From Coraliomargarita sp. (GTDB taxonomy: Bacteria > Verrucomicrobiota > Verrucomicrobiia > Opitutales > Coraliomargaritaceae): a DNA stretch of 64,000 nt. Positions 22,445-37,159 of the stretch are shown here, piece by piece. The notes beneath the pieces are model-generated. The model did not search any database. It was not told the DNA's origin and saw nothing but the letters and a program-made list of their open reading frames with translations. Positions within the stretch are counted from its first letter, which is position 1; each line of letters opens with the position of its first letter. The position numbers and the translations under genes were made by a program. The stretch covers positions 2,848,001-2,912,000 of the forward strand of contig OZ244160.1 in assembly GCA_965216325.1 (NCBI GenBank), written 5' to 3'.

Positions 22445-23626
22445 CTACAAGACAAAACCGACCGCACCACAAGCGAGCACCACGAGCCATGCCGGAGCCT
22501 TGAACTTGGCTAATGCGAGATAGGCCATCAGTGCTGCGACAGCATCCCAGACATGCTGGACACCATGAGGTAAGACCGGATTGATGAAGGCAGCTGCGAG
22601 CAGTCCAACCACTGCGGCATTGGCGCCATAGAGTCCTGCTTGAGCTACGTGTTTTGAGCGAATACGGTTCCACAGCGGGAGCAGGCCGATCAGCAGCAGG
22701 ATTCCTGGCAGAAAAATCGCGGCGAGTGCGCCGAGGCCGCCAAGCCATGCCGGGGAGGTGCTGTGTGCAGCCGTGCCCAGATTGGCAGATAGTGCGAACA
22801 TGGGGCCCGGGAGTGCTTGGGCGCCACTATAGCCGGCAAGAAACTGTGCTTCGGTGAGTAGGCCGTTGGGTACGATTCCATCATACAGCAAGGGTAAGAC
22901 CACATGTCCGCCGCCAAAGACCAGAGCGCCTGCCCGATAGTGTATGGCATAGATCGCTGCAGCACTGCCGCCGGACACGGCCAATGCCCAGAGCAAGAGC
23001 AAGGCAAAGCCGGCTATCGCGCTCCATGCGATTCTACTTGATGGGAGAAAGGGTTGATCGTGTAAGGCAGGGGCGGTGCTTTGTGCTGACTTTTTGAATA
23101 CAATTATCCCTATGATACTTCCCAGTAAGATTGCTAGTAGTGGTGTGTAAGCGGTGGCCAGAAGGTGAACTAAACCTGCGCTGGTGGCGGCAATGAGGAG
23201 GCGCGGCCAGTCCGGGCAGAGTTTGCGCCCCAAATCAATGACTGCCTTGGCGACCACTGCGACTGCAGCGATTAGTAAGCCGTGAATCACAGAGGCTGCC
23301 GACGCACCGATGGCTACGAGTCCGTAGGCAAAGCCAATCATGAGGACTGCGGAGGGCAGGGTAAATCCCAGCCAAGCCATGATCCCGCCGGCGATGCCAC
23401 GCTGGTTCCAGCCGATCGCAAAGCCTAGCTGGCTGCTGGAGGGGCCCGGAACAAATTGGCAAAGCCCCAGTAATTCGGTGTAATGGGCTTCACTCAGCCA
23501 TTTGCGTCGCGAGACAAAGACTTCTTTGAAATAGCCTAAGTGGGCCACCGGACCACCGAAGGACAGGCAGCCTAGGCGCAGATAGACCAGGAAGATTTGC
23601 AGTAGGCTGGTGCGGTTGTGTGGCAT
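22445..23626 (-). CDS. chrA: Chromate efflux transporter
   Basis: LSFGGPVAH, QFVPGPSSSQ, VFGGGHVVLP. Confidence 0.92.
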   Translation of the reverse strand: MPHNRTSLLQIFLVYLRLGCLSFGGPVAHLGYFKEVFVSRRKWLSEAHYTELLGLCQFVPGPSSSQLGFAIGWNQRGIAGGIMAWLGFTLPSAVLMIGFAYGLVAIGASAASVIHGLLIAAVAVVAKAVIDLGRKLCPDWPRLLIAATSAGLVHLLATAYTPLLAILLGSIIGIIVFKKSAQSTAPALHDQPFLPSSRIAWSAIAGFALLLLWALAVSGGSAAAIYAIHYRAGALVFGGGHVVLPLLYDGIVPNGLLTEAQFLAGYSGAQALPGPMFALSANLGTAAHSTSPAWLGGLGALAAIFLPGILLLIGLLPLWNRIRSKHVAQAGLYGANAAVVGLLAAAFINPVLPHGVQHVWDAVAALMAYLALAKFKAPAWLVVLACGAVGFVL

Positions 23627-23647
23627 GCTTGAGAGCAGTGGTTGGGT

Positions 23648-23711
23648 GTAAAGCAGGCGTCTCGCCTGTTTCTAATTCCCAGCTTGGGCGCAGGCAAGAT
23701 GCCCGTGCTAC
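23648..23711. repeat. GTAG-type REP inverted pair (family B)
   Basis: GTAAAGCAGGCGTCTCGCCTG ... CAGGCAAGATGCCCGTGCTAC; related pairs at 38667-38733, 43523-43585 and 29847/30204. Confidence 0.75.
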
Positions 23712-23713
23712 GT

Positions 23714-24406
23714 CTACAGTTCGAAGCCCGCTTTGGCAATCAGCACGACGAATTCACCTTTTTGGCTGCCTTTGGCTACTCGGTCGCGCACCTCTGCCGC
23801 GGGGCCGGTATGAACCGTCTCATGTAGTTTGGTGAGTTCACGGCAGACACTGATACAGCGGTCCGACCCGAGCGTATCGACGAGGTCGTTGAGGAACTTG
23901 CCAATGCGGTGACAGGATTCGTAGAGCACAGTGGTGTATCCAAAGTCCTGATACTCTGCGAAAAAACGCCTGCGGGCGGCACTTTTGGGCGCGAGGAAGC
24001 CTGCGTAGAAAAAGCCATCGCTGGGGAGCCCTGAAATGGACAGTGCGGTAATCACGGCGCTGGGTCCGGGGGTAGTGCTTACGCGGAGGCCCCGTTTTCG
24101 GCATTCACGCACGAGGCGAAAACCTGGGTCACTAATGGCTGGGGTGCCCGCATCGGCTACCAGTGCGATGTTTTCGCCGGCGGCGATACGGTCAGCCAGT
24201 TGGCTGGCGAGAAACTTCTCATTTTCGTCGCGGTAGGAGAGTAACTCAGGCTTCTCGATTTCGAGTTTACTTAAGAGCTTGCCGGTGACGCGTGTATCCT
24301 CGCAGGCAATACAACTGGCCTTGCACAAGGTTTCGATTGCTCGTTTGGAAATGTCGCCGAGATTGCCAATCGGGACTGCGATGAGGGTGAGGGTGCCTGT
24401 GTCCAC
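23714..24406 (-). CDS. rsmI: 16S rRNA C1402 2'-O-methyltransferase
   Basis: PIGNLGDIS, CEDTR, DAGTPAISDPG, RELTKLHE. Confidence 0.95.
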   Translation of the reverse strand: MDTGTLTLIAVPIGNLGDISKRAIETLCKASCIACEDTRVTGKLLSKLEIEKPELLSYRDENEKFLASQLADRIAAGENIALVADAGTPAISDPGFRLVRECRKRGLRVSTTPGPSAVITALSISGLPSDGFFYAGFLAPKSAARRRFFAEYQDFGYTTVLYESCHRIGKFLNDLVDTLGSDRCISVCRELTKLHETVHTGPAAEVRDRVAKGSQKGEFVVLIAKAGFEL

Positions 24407-24446
24407 AAGTGATTGTGACTATTAGAGTGAGAGTTTGAAGTGCTGA

Positions 24447-24483
24447 TAAAAAAACGCCGTGGTCGTTAAGACGCACGGCGTTT
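24447..24483 (-). terminator. Rho-independent terminator
   Basis: AAACGCCGTG...CACGGCGTTT stem followed by a T-run on the minus strand. Confidence 0.7.
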
Positions 24484-24495
24484 GGAAATTGCTGC

Positions 24496-24642
24496 TTAGT
24501 ATCCGCCCATTCCTGGCGCGCCGCCTTCCCACGATGCCGGGCGTCCCCAAGGGACCGACTGATCATCAACATCGCTGTTGAAGCAGCCGCTTAGAGCGAA
24601 GGCAGTTAGACTGAGTGCGATTAAGAGGAATGTGCGAATCAT
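24496..24642 (-). CDS. Small lipoprotein (48 aa)
   Basis: MIRTFLLIALSLTAFALSGC lipobox; PWGRPASWEG tail. Confidence 0.7.
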   Translation of the reverse strand: MIRTFLLIALSLTAFALSGCFNSDVDDQSVPWGRPASWEGGAPGMGGY

Positions 24643-24664
24643 TTCGAGTTGAAGAAATGGTGCT

Positions 24665-25477
24665 TTAGCGGAGGATGTCAACGACCGCGCCTTCCTTGAG
24701 GCGGCTTGCGGAGGTGCCTGGCAGGATGTTGGCAACTGCGAGGTTGTTATCGACCTTTGCGACGCGAACTTTACCGAGGGCTTTCAGGTCTTGGATGAGT
24801 GTGACATTCATGGCTGGTTCCAAGCCAAGTTCAGGTGCTGCTTCGAGCACGACAATACCGTTGCTGGAGTTGACCGATGCGATGGTGACGTTGTCGGCAA
24901 GCTTTGCAGAGCGAACTGCTTCTGTAGAGTTGAGCGCGAGGCTAGGCTTTGCACTTTGATCACGACCGGCGGTGTAGCTCTTCAGCTTGGACTCGGCGAC
25001 GTTGAGCTCGTCCTTGATGTTTTGATTCTCTGTGGTGAGCGCGGCGACCTTCTCGTTGAGCTCAGCAAGCTCTTCAGTTTTGTCGGCTGCGATCAGTGCG
25101 TCGTTGGCAGTTTCAATGTCTGTCTTCAGCTTCTTGATGTCGTCTTCCAGTGAAGTGATGTCACTGTTTGCGGAGTCGAGCTTGGCCTTGGTGCTGCTGA
25201 GTTCACGGCGAGTGCTGTCGGCCTCGTTGCGGGCAGTGTCGAGCTGAGTGGTCAGGCGTTCGGCTTGACGCTGGGATGTCTTCAGCTTGCCAGTAACATC
25301 GACCACTTCTGCCTTTGTGTCGTTCAGCTCAGTGGTGGTGGCTGTGAGTGTGCCTTGTGTGCTGACCAATTGGCCGTGCTTTTCCTTGAGCTTGCCCTGA
25401 GAGACCAAGAAGAGAGCGCCCGCTGCGATGCCAGCAATGATGGCAACAATGCGGAGGACGAGAGAGACGGTATTCAT
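24665..25477 (-). CDS. Membrane-anchored coiled-coil protein with C-terminal beta domain
   Basis: N-terminal TM, long heptad region, beta-rich C-terminus. Confidence 0.7.
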   Translation of the reverse strand: MNTVSLVLRIVAIIAGIAAGALFLVSQGKLKEKHGQLVSTQGTLTATTTELNDTKAEVVDVTGKLKTSQRQAERLTTQLDTARNEADSTRRELSSTKAKLDSANSDITSLEDDIKKLKTDIETANDALIAADKTEELAELNEKVAALTTENQNIKDELNVAESKLKSYTAGRDQSAKPSLALNSTEAVRSAKLADNVTIASVNSSNGIVVLEAAPELGLEPAMNVTLIQDLKALGKVRVAKVDNNLAVANILPGTSASRLKEGAVVDILR

Positions 25478-25516
25478 ATATACTGTGATCTTATGGGGTT
25501 AATTTGAATAAAGTGA

Positions 25517-27088
25517 CTAGGCACTAAACTGTGTTTGAGCCGGGGTTGCTCCTGCAGTTGCAGAAATGCCTCGATCATTCGCAGCTAGGCGAAGCAGCAA
25601 CTTAAAGATGATTTCAGTCTGTCCTTCAAGCTGTAACTTTGTCGCAACCTCCTCGGCACTGAGCTGTTTGCCCGCATCGGCCTTGAGGGCAGCGATTACT
25701 TTGCCTTCCAGTTCCAGCACGCCGGCCGCGGCCTTCTTGCCCGCTTCGACGCCAGGCTGGTGGTAGGCGTTGATGTTCACTAGGTTAGCGTAGAGTCCAA
25801 CGGCGCGTTCGAAGAGCGCGATCAGTTGTCCTACTGCTGCCGGAGTGACTTCCTTAATAGTAATGGTCACTGACTGGCGGCCGTTTTCATATAGTGCATC
25901 GCGTGTGCCAAGGTAGAAGCCTTGCAGGAAATCGCCTGTGGTAATGCCGTCTTCGACTTCGATGGAGCTGCCGGAGCGGTCCTTGAGCACTTCGATGAAG
26001 GTCGCAAAGAAGTTGTGCACGCCCTCGCGGAGTTGCTGCACGTAAGCGTGTTGGTCGGTGGAGCCCTTGTTGCCGTAAACTGCGATGCCTTGGTTGACGG
26101 TCTTACCGTCGAGGTCGAATTCCTTGCCCAGCGACTCCATGACGAGCTGCTGCAGATACTTGGAGAAGAGCATCAGGCGGTCCTTGTAGGGCAGGACAAC
26201 CATATCCTTGCTGCCCTTGGCGTCGGTCGCGAAATACCACATGAGCGCGAGTAGGGCGGCCGGGTTCTTCGCGGTTTCGGTGCCGCGGGTTGCGGTGTCC
26301 ATTGCTGCGGCGCCGTCAAGCATGCCTTGGATGTCGAGGCCTTGCAGTGCAGCTGGAAGGAGGCCAACTGCGGCGAGTTCGGAGGTGCGGCCACCCACCC
26401 AGTCCCACATCGGGAGGCGAGTGAGCCAACCTTCGGATTCGGCAACGCCGTCGAGTTTGGAACCTGCACCCGTGATCGCGATCGCGTGCTTGGCAAAGTC
26501 GAGGCCGGCTGCCTTGTAAGCGGCTTGCGCTTCGAGCATGCCGTTGCGGGTTTCCGGTGTGCCTCCGGACTTGGAAATCACCACTGCGAGGGTTTCGCCA
26601 AGCTGACCGTCGAGCGCCGCGAGTGTGCGGTCGATGCCGTCCGGGTCAGTGTTGTCGAAGAAAAACAAGTCCATCTTGTCTGCCTTCGGGCAACCGAGTG
26701 CGTCCGCAACGAACTGCGGGCCGAGTGCGGAACCGCCGATGCCAATCACCAGACAGTTCTTGAACGCGCCCTTGGAGCCGGCGATGGCACCGCTGTGCAC
26801 GTCGGCTGCGATTTGCTTGATGTCTGCGAGGCACTTCTCGATCTCTGCTGTTAGCTCAGGCTGTGGTGCGAGTGCAGCATTGCGCAACCAGTAGTGGCCA
26901 ACCATGCGGTTTTCGTCTGGGTTGGCGATTGCGCCAGCTTCGAGTTCCTGCATCGCCTTGTAGGCGGCTTGGATCTTGGGCTCCATTTCTGCGAAAAAGC
27001 CGTCGCCAAAATCGATGCGGCTGATGTCGATCGCGAAATCGAGCTCGTTGAGTTCAAGATAGTGTTGGTTGAAGCGTTCCCAGGACAT
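25517..27088 (-). CDS. pgi: Glucose-6-phosphate isomerase
   Basis: [40 protein letters not shown]. Confidence 0.97.
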   Translation of the reverse strand: MSWERFNQHYLELNELDFAIDISRIDFGDGFFAEMEPKIQAAYKAMQELEAGAIANPDENRMVGHYWLRNAALAPQPELTAEIEKCLADIKQIAADVHSGAIAGSKGAFKNCLVIGIGGSALGPQFVADALGCPKADKMDLFFFDNTDPDGIDRTLAALDGQLGETLAVVISKSGGTPETRNGMLEAQAAYKAAGLDFAKHAIAITGAGSKLDGVAESEGWLTRLPMWDWVGGRTSELAAVGLLPAALQGLDIQGMLDGAAAMDTATRGTETAKNPAALLALMWYFATDAKGSKDMVVLPYKDRLMLFSKYLQQLVMESLGKEFDLDGKTVNQGIAVYGNKGSTDQHAYVQQLREGVHNFFATFIEVLKDRSGSSIEVEDGITTGDFLQGFYLGTRDALYENGRQSVTITIKEVTPAAVGQLIALFERAVGLYANLVNINAYHQPGVEAGKKAAAGVLELEGKVIAALKADAGKQLSAEEVATKLQLEGQTEIIFKLLLRLAANDRGISATAGATPAQTQFSA

Positions 27089-27218
27089 GATGTGAAATGT
27101 GAATTTTGAAGTGTGAAAGATTAAGGGGGTGAGACGTCGAACGTCGAACGTCGAACGTTCAACTTCGAACCTCGAATGATTCGATGTTCAGCGTTCGCTG
27201 TTGGAAGTTCGGCGTTCG

Positions 27219-28934
<1,716 letters not shown>

Positions 28935-28960
28935 AATATTTGCGGATTTGTTGGACTAAA

Positions 28961-28998
<38 letters not shown>

Positions 28999-29073
28999 CA
29001 TTGCGGACCCAACGACAATACCCTTTTTACTGTTCAAGCGCACAAACATCGATTTTCTTTCCGCTACTGCACT

Positions 29074-29850
29074 ATGGAACTCGACCTTAAGAAGACCCTC
29101 GAAGCCTTACTCCTATCGACTGCGGAGCCGATTTCGCTCAAAGATATCGTTAAAATCTTTGCCCGCTACCACGAGGAGCTGGTCGAGCAGGCCGAGGAGG
29201 CAAAGCAGTCCAAGGAAGAAGATGCCAACGACATCGTGGTGCCGGATAAGATCACCGAAGCTCCGATCCGCGAGGCGCTGAAGGTGCTGACCGATGAGGC
29301 TGAGGTCGAAGACAAAGCCTACCGTTTGGTCGAAGGTCCAAATGGTTTCCAGGTGGTGACCGCACCGCAGTTTGCCGAATTTGTCCGCCTACTACGCGGA
29401 GAGCCTCGCCCGATGAAGCTGAGCCCTGCGGCGCTCGAGACCATGGCCATTGTTTCCTATCGTCAACCGGTGACCCGCGCTGAACTCGAAGCGATCCGTG
29501 GCGTGTCGGCGGACAGCGCGCTCAATAAATTGATCGAGCTTGAACTGGTGCATGTGACTGGCCGCGCCGAACTGCCGGGCCGCCCGATCCAATACGGAAC
29601 CACCGAAAAATTCCTCGAATTCACCGGCATTAAGGAGCTCGACGAGCTGCCTGCTTCGGATGTGCTCAGCAACCACCAGATCGACGACTGGATGCGTAAA
29701 AGTGAGGAGCCGGAAGAAGACATCACCGACGAAGACGTGGGCCTCGCCAAAGAGCCGAATCCCGACGAGTTGCCGCTCGACCAGGAGTTTGCCGAGATCG
29801 ACTGGCAAAAAGAAAACGCTGAAAGCGATGCCGCAGGTGGGAAAGAGTAA
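29074..29850 (+). CDS. scpB: SMC-Scp complex subunit ScpB
   Basis: LSPAALETMAIVSYRQPVTRAELEAIRGV, GRPIQYGTT. Confidence 0.93.
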   Translation: MELDLKKTLEALLLSTAEPISLKDIVKIFARYHEELVEQAEEAKQSKEEDANDIVVPDKITEAPIREALKVLTDEAEVEDKAYRLVEGPNGFQVVTAPQFAEFVRLLRGEPRPMKLSPAALETMAIVSYRQPVTRAELEAIRGVSADSALNKLIELELVHVTGRAELPGRPIQYGTTEKFLEFTGIKELDELPASDVLSNHQIDDWMRKSEEPEEDITDEDVGLAKEPNPDELPLDQEFAEIDWQKENAESDAAGGKE

Positions 29851-29885
29851 AAGCGGCATCTTGCCGCTTTTTGTGACGACTTAAT

Positions 29886-30182
29886 ATGAGACTTTTCCCT
29901 CCATCGCCAGAACCGCGCGATAACGCACTGGCTTATGTTGAAAAGCTTCGGGGCAATTCCGAATGCAGTGAATTCCAAGCGGGTCGGTCGGCAGTGGTGC
30001 GGAGGTTTCAGTCGGCATGGATGCTGATGATCCTTAGTATACTTCCACTGCGATGTGATAACTTATGGTTTTATGCTGCCGTATTGGTCTTTGCGGTTTG
30101 GGCTTATGTTAGTGGGATTAGAATGGAGCGACTTTTAGACTTATTTGAGCCCAGGAAAATTAAATATGAAACCGATGCCTAA
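29886..30182 (+). CDS. Small hypothetical membrane protein flanked by inverted REPs
   Basis: Two hydrophobic segments; fills the space between REP copies. Confidence 0.5.
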   Translation: MRLFPPSPEPRDNALAYVEKLRGNSECSEFQAGRSAVVRRFQSAWMLMILSILPLRCDNLWFYAAVLVFAVWAYVSGIRMERLLDLFEPRKIKYETDA

Positions 30183-30290
30183 AGCGGCAAGATGCCGCTT
30201 CTACTTTATGATTCCTCTCGTGATAGATTAACGTTAATTGACGTAAATTAACGGTTCCAACTTTCCCACTGCACCTTTCACTTTCCCTCC

Positions 30291-31586
30291 ATGTCCGAAG
30301 ACATTAATACCAAGCTCCAGCGTAACCGCGATGCGATCGACGCGATCGACAAACAGGTGGTGCAGCTGCTCAATCAACGCGTCCGTCAGGATGGCGGCCT
30401 CGATGAGGCGCAGATGCTGGAAAAGGTCGCGCGCTTCAATCCGGGCCCGCTGACCAACGAGACCGTGCAGGCGATTTACGATACGCTCATGTATGCCGGT
30501 ATCGCTCCGGATGCGGAGCCGACCGATCCCGAAAAGGTCGATGCGTTGGATCAGCAGATCATCGACTTGCTCAATGAGCGGGTTGGGCACGCAAGTGTGA
30601 TTGGTAAGATCAAGCACGCGAACGGTGCCGACTACTACGACCCGACCCGCGAGGCTCAGGTCATGGCAAAAATTGCCGCACTCAACCCGGGCCCGATTCT
30701 GAATACGACTTTGCAGTCTGTTTACCGTGAGGTGATCTCCGGTTCGATCAGCCTGGAGAAGAAGCTGGTGATTGCTTATCTTGGGCCTGAAGCGACTTAT
30801 ACGCACCAGGCGTCCTTGCGTAACTTCGGCGTGAGTCTCAACCATCAGGCGATTAAGACTATTCCGGATGTCTTTGCTGCGGTTGAGCGTGGTGAGGCCG
30901 ACTATGGTGTGGTGCCGATTGAAAACTCCACAGAAGGCGCGGTCTTCCACTCGATGGATATGTTAGTCGAGTCCGATCTGCACATCTGCTCGCAGGTCTA
31001 TTTGCCGATTGAGCATTGCTTGATTTCACAGTCGCCACTGGCCGAGATCAAGGAAGTCCGTTCCAAGGATCAGGCGATTGGTCAGTGCCGTGAGTGGCTC
31101 CACGAGCAGCTTCCACATGCGACGCTGGTCGATGTGGTGAGCACCGCTGAGGCGGTTTGCACGGCAAAGGAAAACCCGGAAGTCGCTGCGGTTGCCAGTG
31201 CATTGTCGGCGCATCGTTACGGAGTGCCTATTCAGCAACGCGGTATTCAAGAGCGCGACGACAACGTGACCCGCTTTCTGGTGATTGGTAAGACTCGCGC
31301 CAAGCCTTTGGGCGATGGCCGAGACAAAACTAGCTTGGTGATCTCGTTAAAGGATCAACCCGGCGCGCTTGAAAAAGCCCTGCGTCCCTTTGCCTCTCGC
31401 GACATCAACCTGAGTAAGATCGAATCACGCCCAACCCGTAAGAAGGCGTGGTCCTACCTGTTCTTTATCGACTTTATTGGTCACTATCAGGACGCCGAGG
31501 TGCAAGCTGCCTTGAAGGAACTCGAAGCGCACTGCGATTTGGTCAAATGGCTTGGGAGTTATCCGAATGTCCATCGAGAAGGCTAG
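30291..31586 (+). CDS. pheA: Chorismate mutase/prephenate dehydratase with duplicated CM domain
   Basis: AYLGPEATYT, PIENSTEG, NVTRF, SKIESRP, LGSYP; two N-terminal AroQ-like repeats. Confidence 0.93.
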   Translation: MSEDINTKLQRNRDAIDAIDKQVVQLLNQRVRQDGGLDEAQMLEKVARFNPGPLTNETVQAIYDTLMYAGIAPDAEPTDPEKVDALDQQIIDLLNERVGHASVIGKIKHANGADYYDPTREAQVMAKIAALNPGPILNTTLQSVYREVISGSISLEKKLVIAYLGPEATYTHQASLRNFGVSLNHQAIKTIPDVFAAVERGEADYGVVPIENSTEGAVFHSMDMLVESDLHICSQVYLPIEHCLISQSPLAEIKEVRSKDQAIGQCREWLHEQLPHATLVDVVSTAEAVCTAKENPEVAAVASALSAHRYGVPIQQRGIQERDDNVTRFLVIGKTRAKPLGDGRDKTSLVISLKDQPGALEKALRPFASRDINLSKIESRPTRKKAWSYLFFIDFIGHYQDAEVQAALKELEAHCDLVKWLGSYPNVHREG

Positions 31587-31604
31587 GGGGGGGAGCGATA
31601 CAGA

Positions 31605-31883
31605 ATGATGGCTCTTTCTGTTGAACTCAGAGTGCGTGTCATTCCTAATGCATCTGGCGATGAGATCGTTGGCTGGCATGCTGGAGCGCTAAAGGTCAAA
31701 ACCCGTACAGCACCGGAAGAGGGCAAGGCGAACAAAGCGATCTGTGCACTCATCGAGAAGCAGCTCAAGTTGTCGAGGAAGTCGGTTGCTGTCCTGCGTG
31801 GACAGACCAATCCGAATAAGACCTTGTTGATCGAAGGTGTTGGCGAAGCTGAATTGAGTGAACAACTCAGTCGCACGGGATAG
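31605..31883 (+). CDS. DUF167/YggU family protein
   Basis: VRVIPNAS, APEEGKAN. Confidence 0.85.
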   Translation: MMALSVELRVRVIPNASGDEIVGWHAGALKVKTRTAPEEGKANKAICALIEKQLKLSRKSVAVLRGQTNPNKTLLIEGVGEAELSEQLSRTG

Positions 31884-31931
31884 GGCGCGTTATCCAAGGG
31901 ATATCGAACCCTACCTTCTGCAAATTACTGG

Positions 31932-32858
31932 CTACCCCTTCGGCAAAAAGTAGCCCTGTTGCTTCTCGTTGATCGGCATGCCGACCTTTTCCATGACCTT
32001 GAGCATGTCTTCCCAAGCCATGCGTTTGGTCTTCATGGTATCGTTACGCAAGAGATAGGAAGGGTGGAAACTAATCATCAACGGCGTGCCTTCGAACTCA
32101 TGCCACTGACCGCGCACTTGCCCGAGTTTACGATTTGGATCGTGCCCAAGAAGGCCGGTGACCGTAGTGTTGCCCAGTGCGACAATTACCTTTGGCTGAA
32201 TGATCTCGAGTTGTGCCTTCAGGTAGGGTAGGCAGAAATTCATTTCCTCCAGTGTGGGCGGGCGATTGCCATAGGGCTTGTCGTGTTCCGGACGCCATTT
32301 GAGGATGTTGCCGATATAGACCTCTTCGCGCTTGAGGCCCATTGCACCAATGATCTTGGTCAGCAGTTGACCAGCTGCGCCCACGAAGGGTTCGCCTTTC
32401 TTTTCGTCGTCGGCGCTGGGTGCCTCACCGCAGAAGAAGATGTCTGCTTCGGGATTGCCTTCGCCGAAGACAATTTTTCCGAATTCACTGAGGTGCTCTT
32501 TACAGGTTTCACAGCCTTCAACGAGTTTGCGTAGCCATGCCATACGGCTTGCGGAATCGCCTTCAGGAAGCTCGATGGCGGGTGCCTGCTCGGGGAGCGG
32601 CTTGATGTGCGAAGGCGCCGCCTTGGGCTCAGTTGTTGCGGGAGTTGGCGCCGCCATTGCTTGTGTGGCAGGGGAATCGGTGCCGAGGGATGCGAGAGCG
32701 CTGTTGAGCTTTTGTGGTGCCGCTCGTAACGGCGCGGACTCCTCCTTGGGTTGCTTGATCAGGCGCAGCGTGTCGTCGTCCAAGAACACGCGATCCACGC
32801 CTTCTGACTGTAGTCGCTTAAGTTCGGTGTGGATCGCTTGGACGGCTGGGTTCGACAT
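31932..32858 (-). CDS. Uracil-DNA glycosylase family 4
   Basis: GEAP, PFVGAAGQLL, NILKWRP, HPSYLLR. Confidence 0.92.
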   Translation of the reverse strand: MSNPAVQAIHTELKRLQSEGVDRVFLDDDTLRLIKQPKEESAPLRAAPQKLNSALASLGTDSPATQAMAAPTPATTEPKAAPSHIKPLPEQAPAIELPEGDSASRMAWLRKLVEGCETCKEHLSEFGKIVFGEGNPEADIFFCGEAPSADDEKKGEPFVGAAGQLLTKIIGAMGLKREEVYIGNILKWRPEHDKPYGNRPPTLEEMNFCLPYLKAQLEIIQPKVIVALGNTTVTGLLGHDPNRKLGQVRGQWHEFEGTPLMISFHPSYLLRNDTMKTKRMAWEDMLKVMEKVGMPINEKQQGYFLPKG

Positions 32859-33207
32859 GCCTCGAAAGTTGTCGATCTGTGGCAGAGCGTCGAGACCGAA
32901 TCATGGTTCATCCAATAATTCTGTCAGCAATCATTCAGTATATTTTCGACAGTCCTGGTCTCAACCCAATCGAAAAACTGTGGGACCTGATTTAGGATCA
33001 CACTTCAAACAAGCACTGGCCATCAATCACACGACTTGATGAGGTCGTCGCACTTCACCTGAAGGACTGGTGAGAAGCCCCAGAACGAGTCATACGTTTA
33101 ATGGGGAGTGGATGGATAGCCCTGCAGCTAATGTAGTCGCATGCTCGGCACTTCGCGATTCTTGACTTGCAGGTTCCTTTGCGTATTGCTTTGAGTGAAA
33201 TGTAAAA

Positions 33208-33304
33208 ATTTCACATAAGTCTAGACCTCAATTTATTTCACATAAGTCTAGGCCCCAATTTATTTCACATAAGTTTAGAGCGTTTTGTTCAGACTTATGT
33301 GAAT
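33208..33304. repeat. 27-bp tandem repeat (2.6 units) plus one inverted copy
   Basis: ATTTCACATAAGT(C/T)TAG at 33208, 33235 and 33262; inverted AGACTTATGTGAA at 33291. Confidence 0.85.
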
Positions 33305-33338
33305 TTTTTCACCTCAATTCTTAGGACACTACAGAAAC

Positions 33339-34091
33339 ATGTCAGGACATAGTAAATGGGCTACAATTAAGCGCGCAAAGGGTGCAGCCGATGCCAAGCG
33401 CGGTAAGATTTTCAGCGTCATCAGTAAAGAAATCACGCTCGCTGCGCGTGATGGCGGTGGCGACCCGGGCTTCAATCCACGTCTGCGCACTGTGATCGCT
33501 AAGGCGAAATCGAGTAACATGCCTGCGGACAACATCGAGCGTGCGATCAAAAAGGGCACCGGCGAACTTCCGGGTGTGATTTATGAGGAAGCCCTCTACG
33601 AAGGTTATGGTGCAGCGGGTGTCGGGATTATCGTTGAAATTACCACCGACAACAAGAACCGTTCCGCCTCTGAAGTGCGTAGCACGATGGGTAAGAACGG
33701 CGGCAACCTCGCCGGTGTCGGTGCGGTTGCATTCCAATTCGATCGCAAGGGGCAATTTATCATCGATGCGTCCAAGACCGACGAGGAAACTTTGATGGAT
33801 GTCGCACTCGAAGCAGGCGCGGAAGACATTATCACCGAAGACACTCACTTCGAAGTGCTCTGCCCCATGTCTGAATACGACAACGTCGCACAAGCTTTGG
33901 AGGAGAAGGGCATCGAAACTGAGTCCTCCGAGCTCGCCTATCTACCAAACATTGAAGTGCCGGTGAACGACAAAGAAACTGCACGCAAGGTGCTGCACCT
34001 CGTTGAGAAACTCGACGATCTCGAAGACGTCAAAGCCGTCCACCACAACATGGACATCGCCGAAGGCGTCTTCGGTGACGACGAAGAGTAA
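33339..34091 (+). CDS. yebC: YebC/PmpR family protein
   Basis: MSGHSKWATIK, YEGYG, TDNKNR. Confidence 0.95.
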   Translation: MSGHSKWATIKRAKGAADAKRGKIFSVISKEITLAARDGGGDPGFNPRLRTVIAKAKSSNMPADNIERAIKKGTGELPGVIYEEALYEGYGAAGVGIIVEITTDNKNRSASEVRSTMGKNGGNLAGVGAVAFQFDRKGQFIIDASKTDEETLMDVALEAGAEDIITEDTHFEVLCPMSEYDNVAQALEEKGIETESSELAYLPNIEVPVNDKETARKVLHLVEKLDDLEDVKAVHHNMDIAEGVFGDDEE

Positions 34092-34115
34092 GCTTTGTTA
34101 CAGCTTGAATTTTCT

Positions 34116-34147
34116 AAAGGACTCAGCCTGTGGCTGGGTCCTTTTTA
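34116..34147 (+). terminator. Rho-independent terminator after yebC
   Basis: GGACTCAGCC-tgt-GGCTGGGTCC followed by TTTTT. Confidence 0.75.
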
Positions 34148-34533
34148 TTGGTCGAGTTCAATATCCCGTCTGAGAGGAGCTTGTCGAAAAGCGGTATGAA
34201 TCCACTTAGGCGATGACACGCTTATTGACGTCCATTTAGAGCAGCTCCATCACGAAGCTTGGAGGGCCTAGGCAGCCCTTTGGGCTCTTGATTGCCTTGC
34301 AGAGGACGAGTTGTGATGGGCGCAGGGTGTGAGTGCTCTGCACGGTCGAAAGTGCATTGCTAAGCCATTTTCGCTTTGCTACGTCGCTCTTCCGCGACTC
34401 GCGGACGGCTCCTGTATTTGTGTGACTCTCTCGGTTTGGTGCGTCAGCGCTTTTGGAACATCCGACACTTGATCCGAAAACCCTTGCGGCGCGGTTTTCG
34501 AATCTGCTACGGTTGCGGGTTCTTAGTATCTGA

Positions 34534-37086
<2,553 letters not shown>

Positions 37087-37159
37087 GGGGAGAGTTCGAT
37101 GTCCCTATCGAACCGCAATCATTGCCTCGTGGCGCGTTAAGGATAACGCGCCCTGCCTA

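Noticed and set aside
32860..33200. ncRNA or toxin-antitoxin remnant between UDG and yebC
   Set aside because: No recognisable structure or ORF; a short LDEVVALHLKD stretch is too weak to call.
33208..33304. Mini CRISPR array
   Set aside because: Spacers are only about 10 nt and nearly identical; no cas genes in the window.
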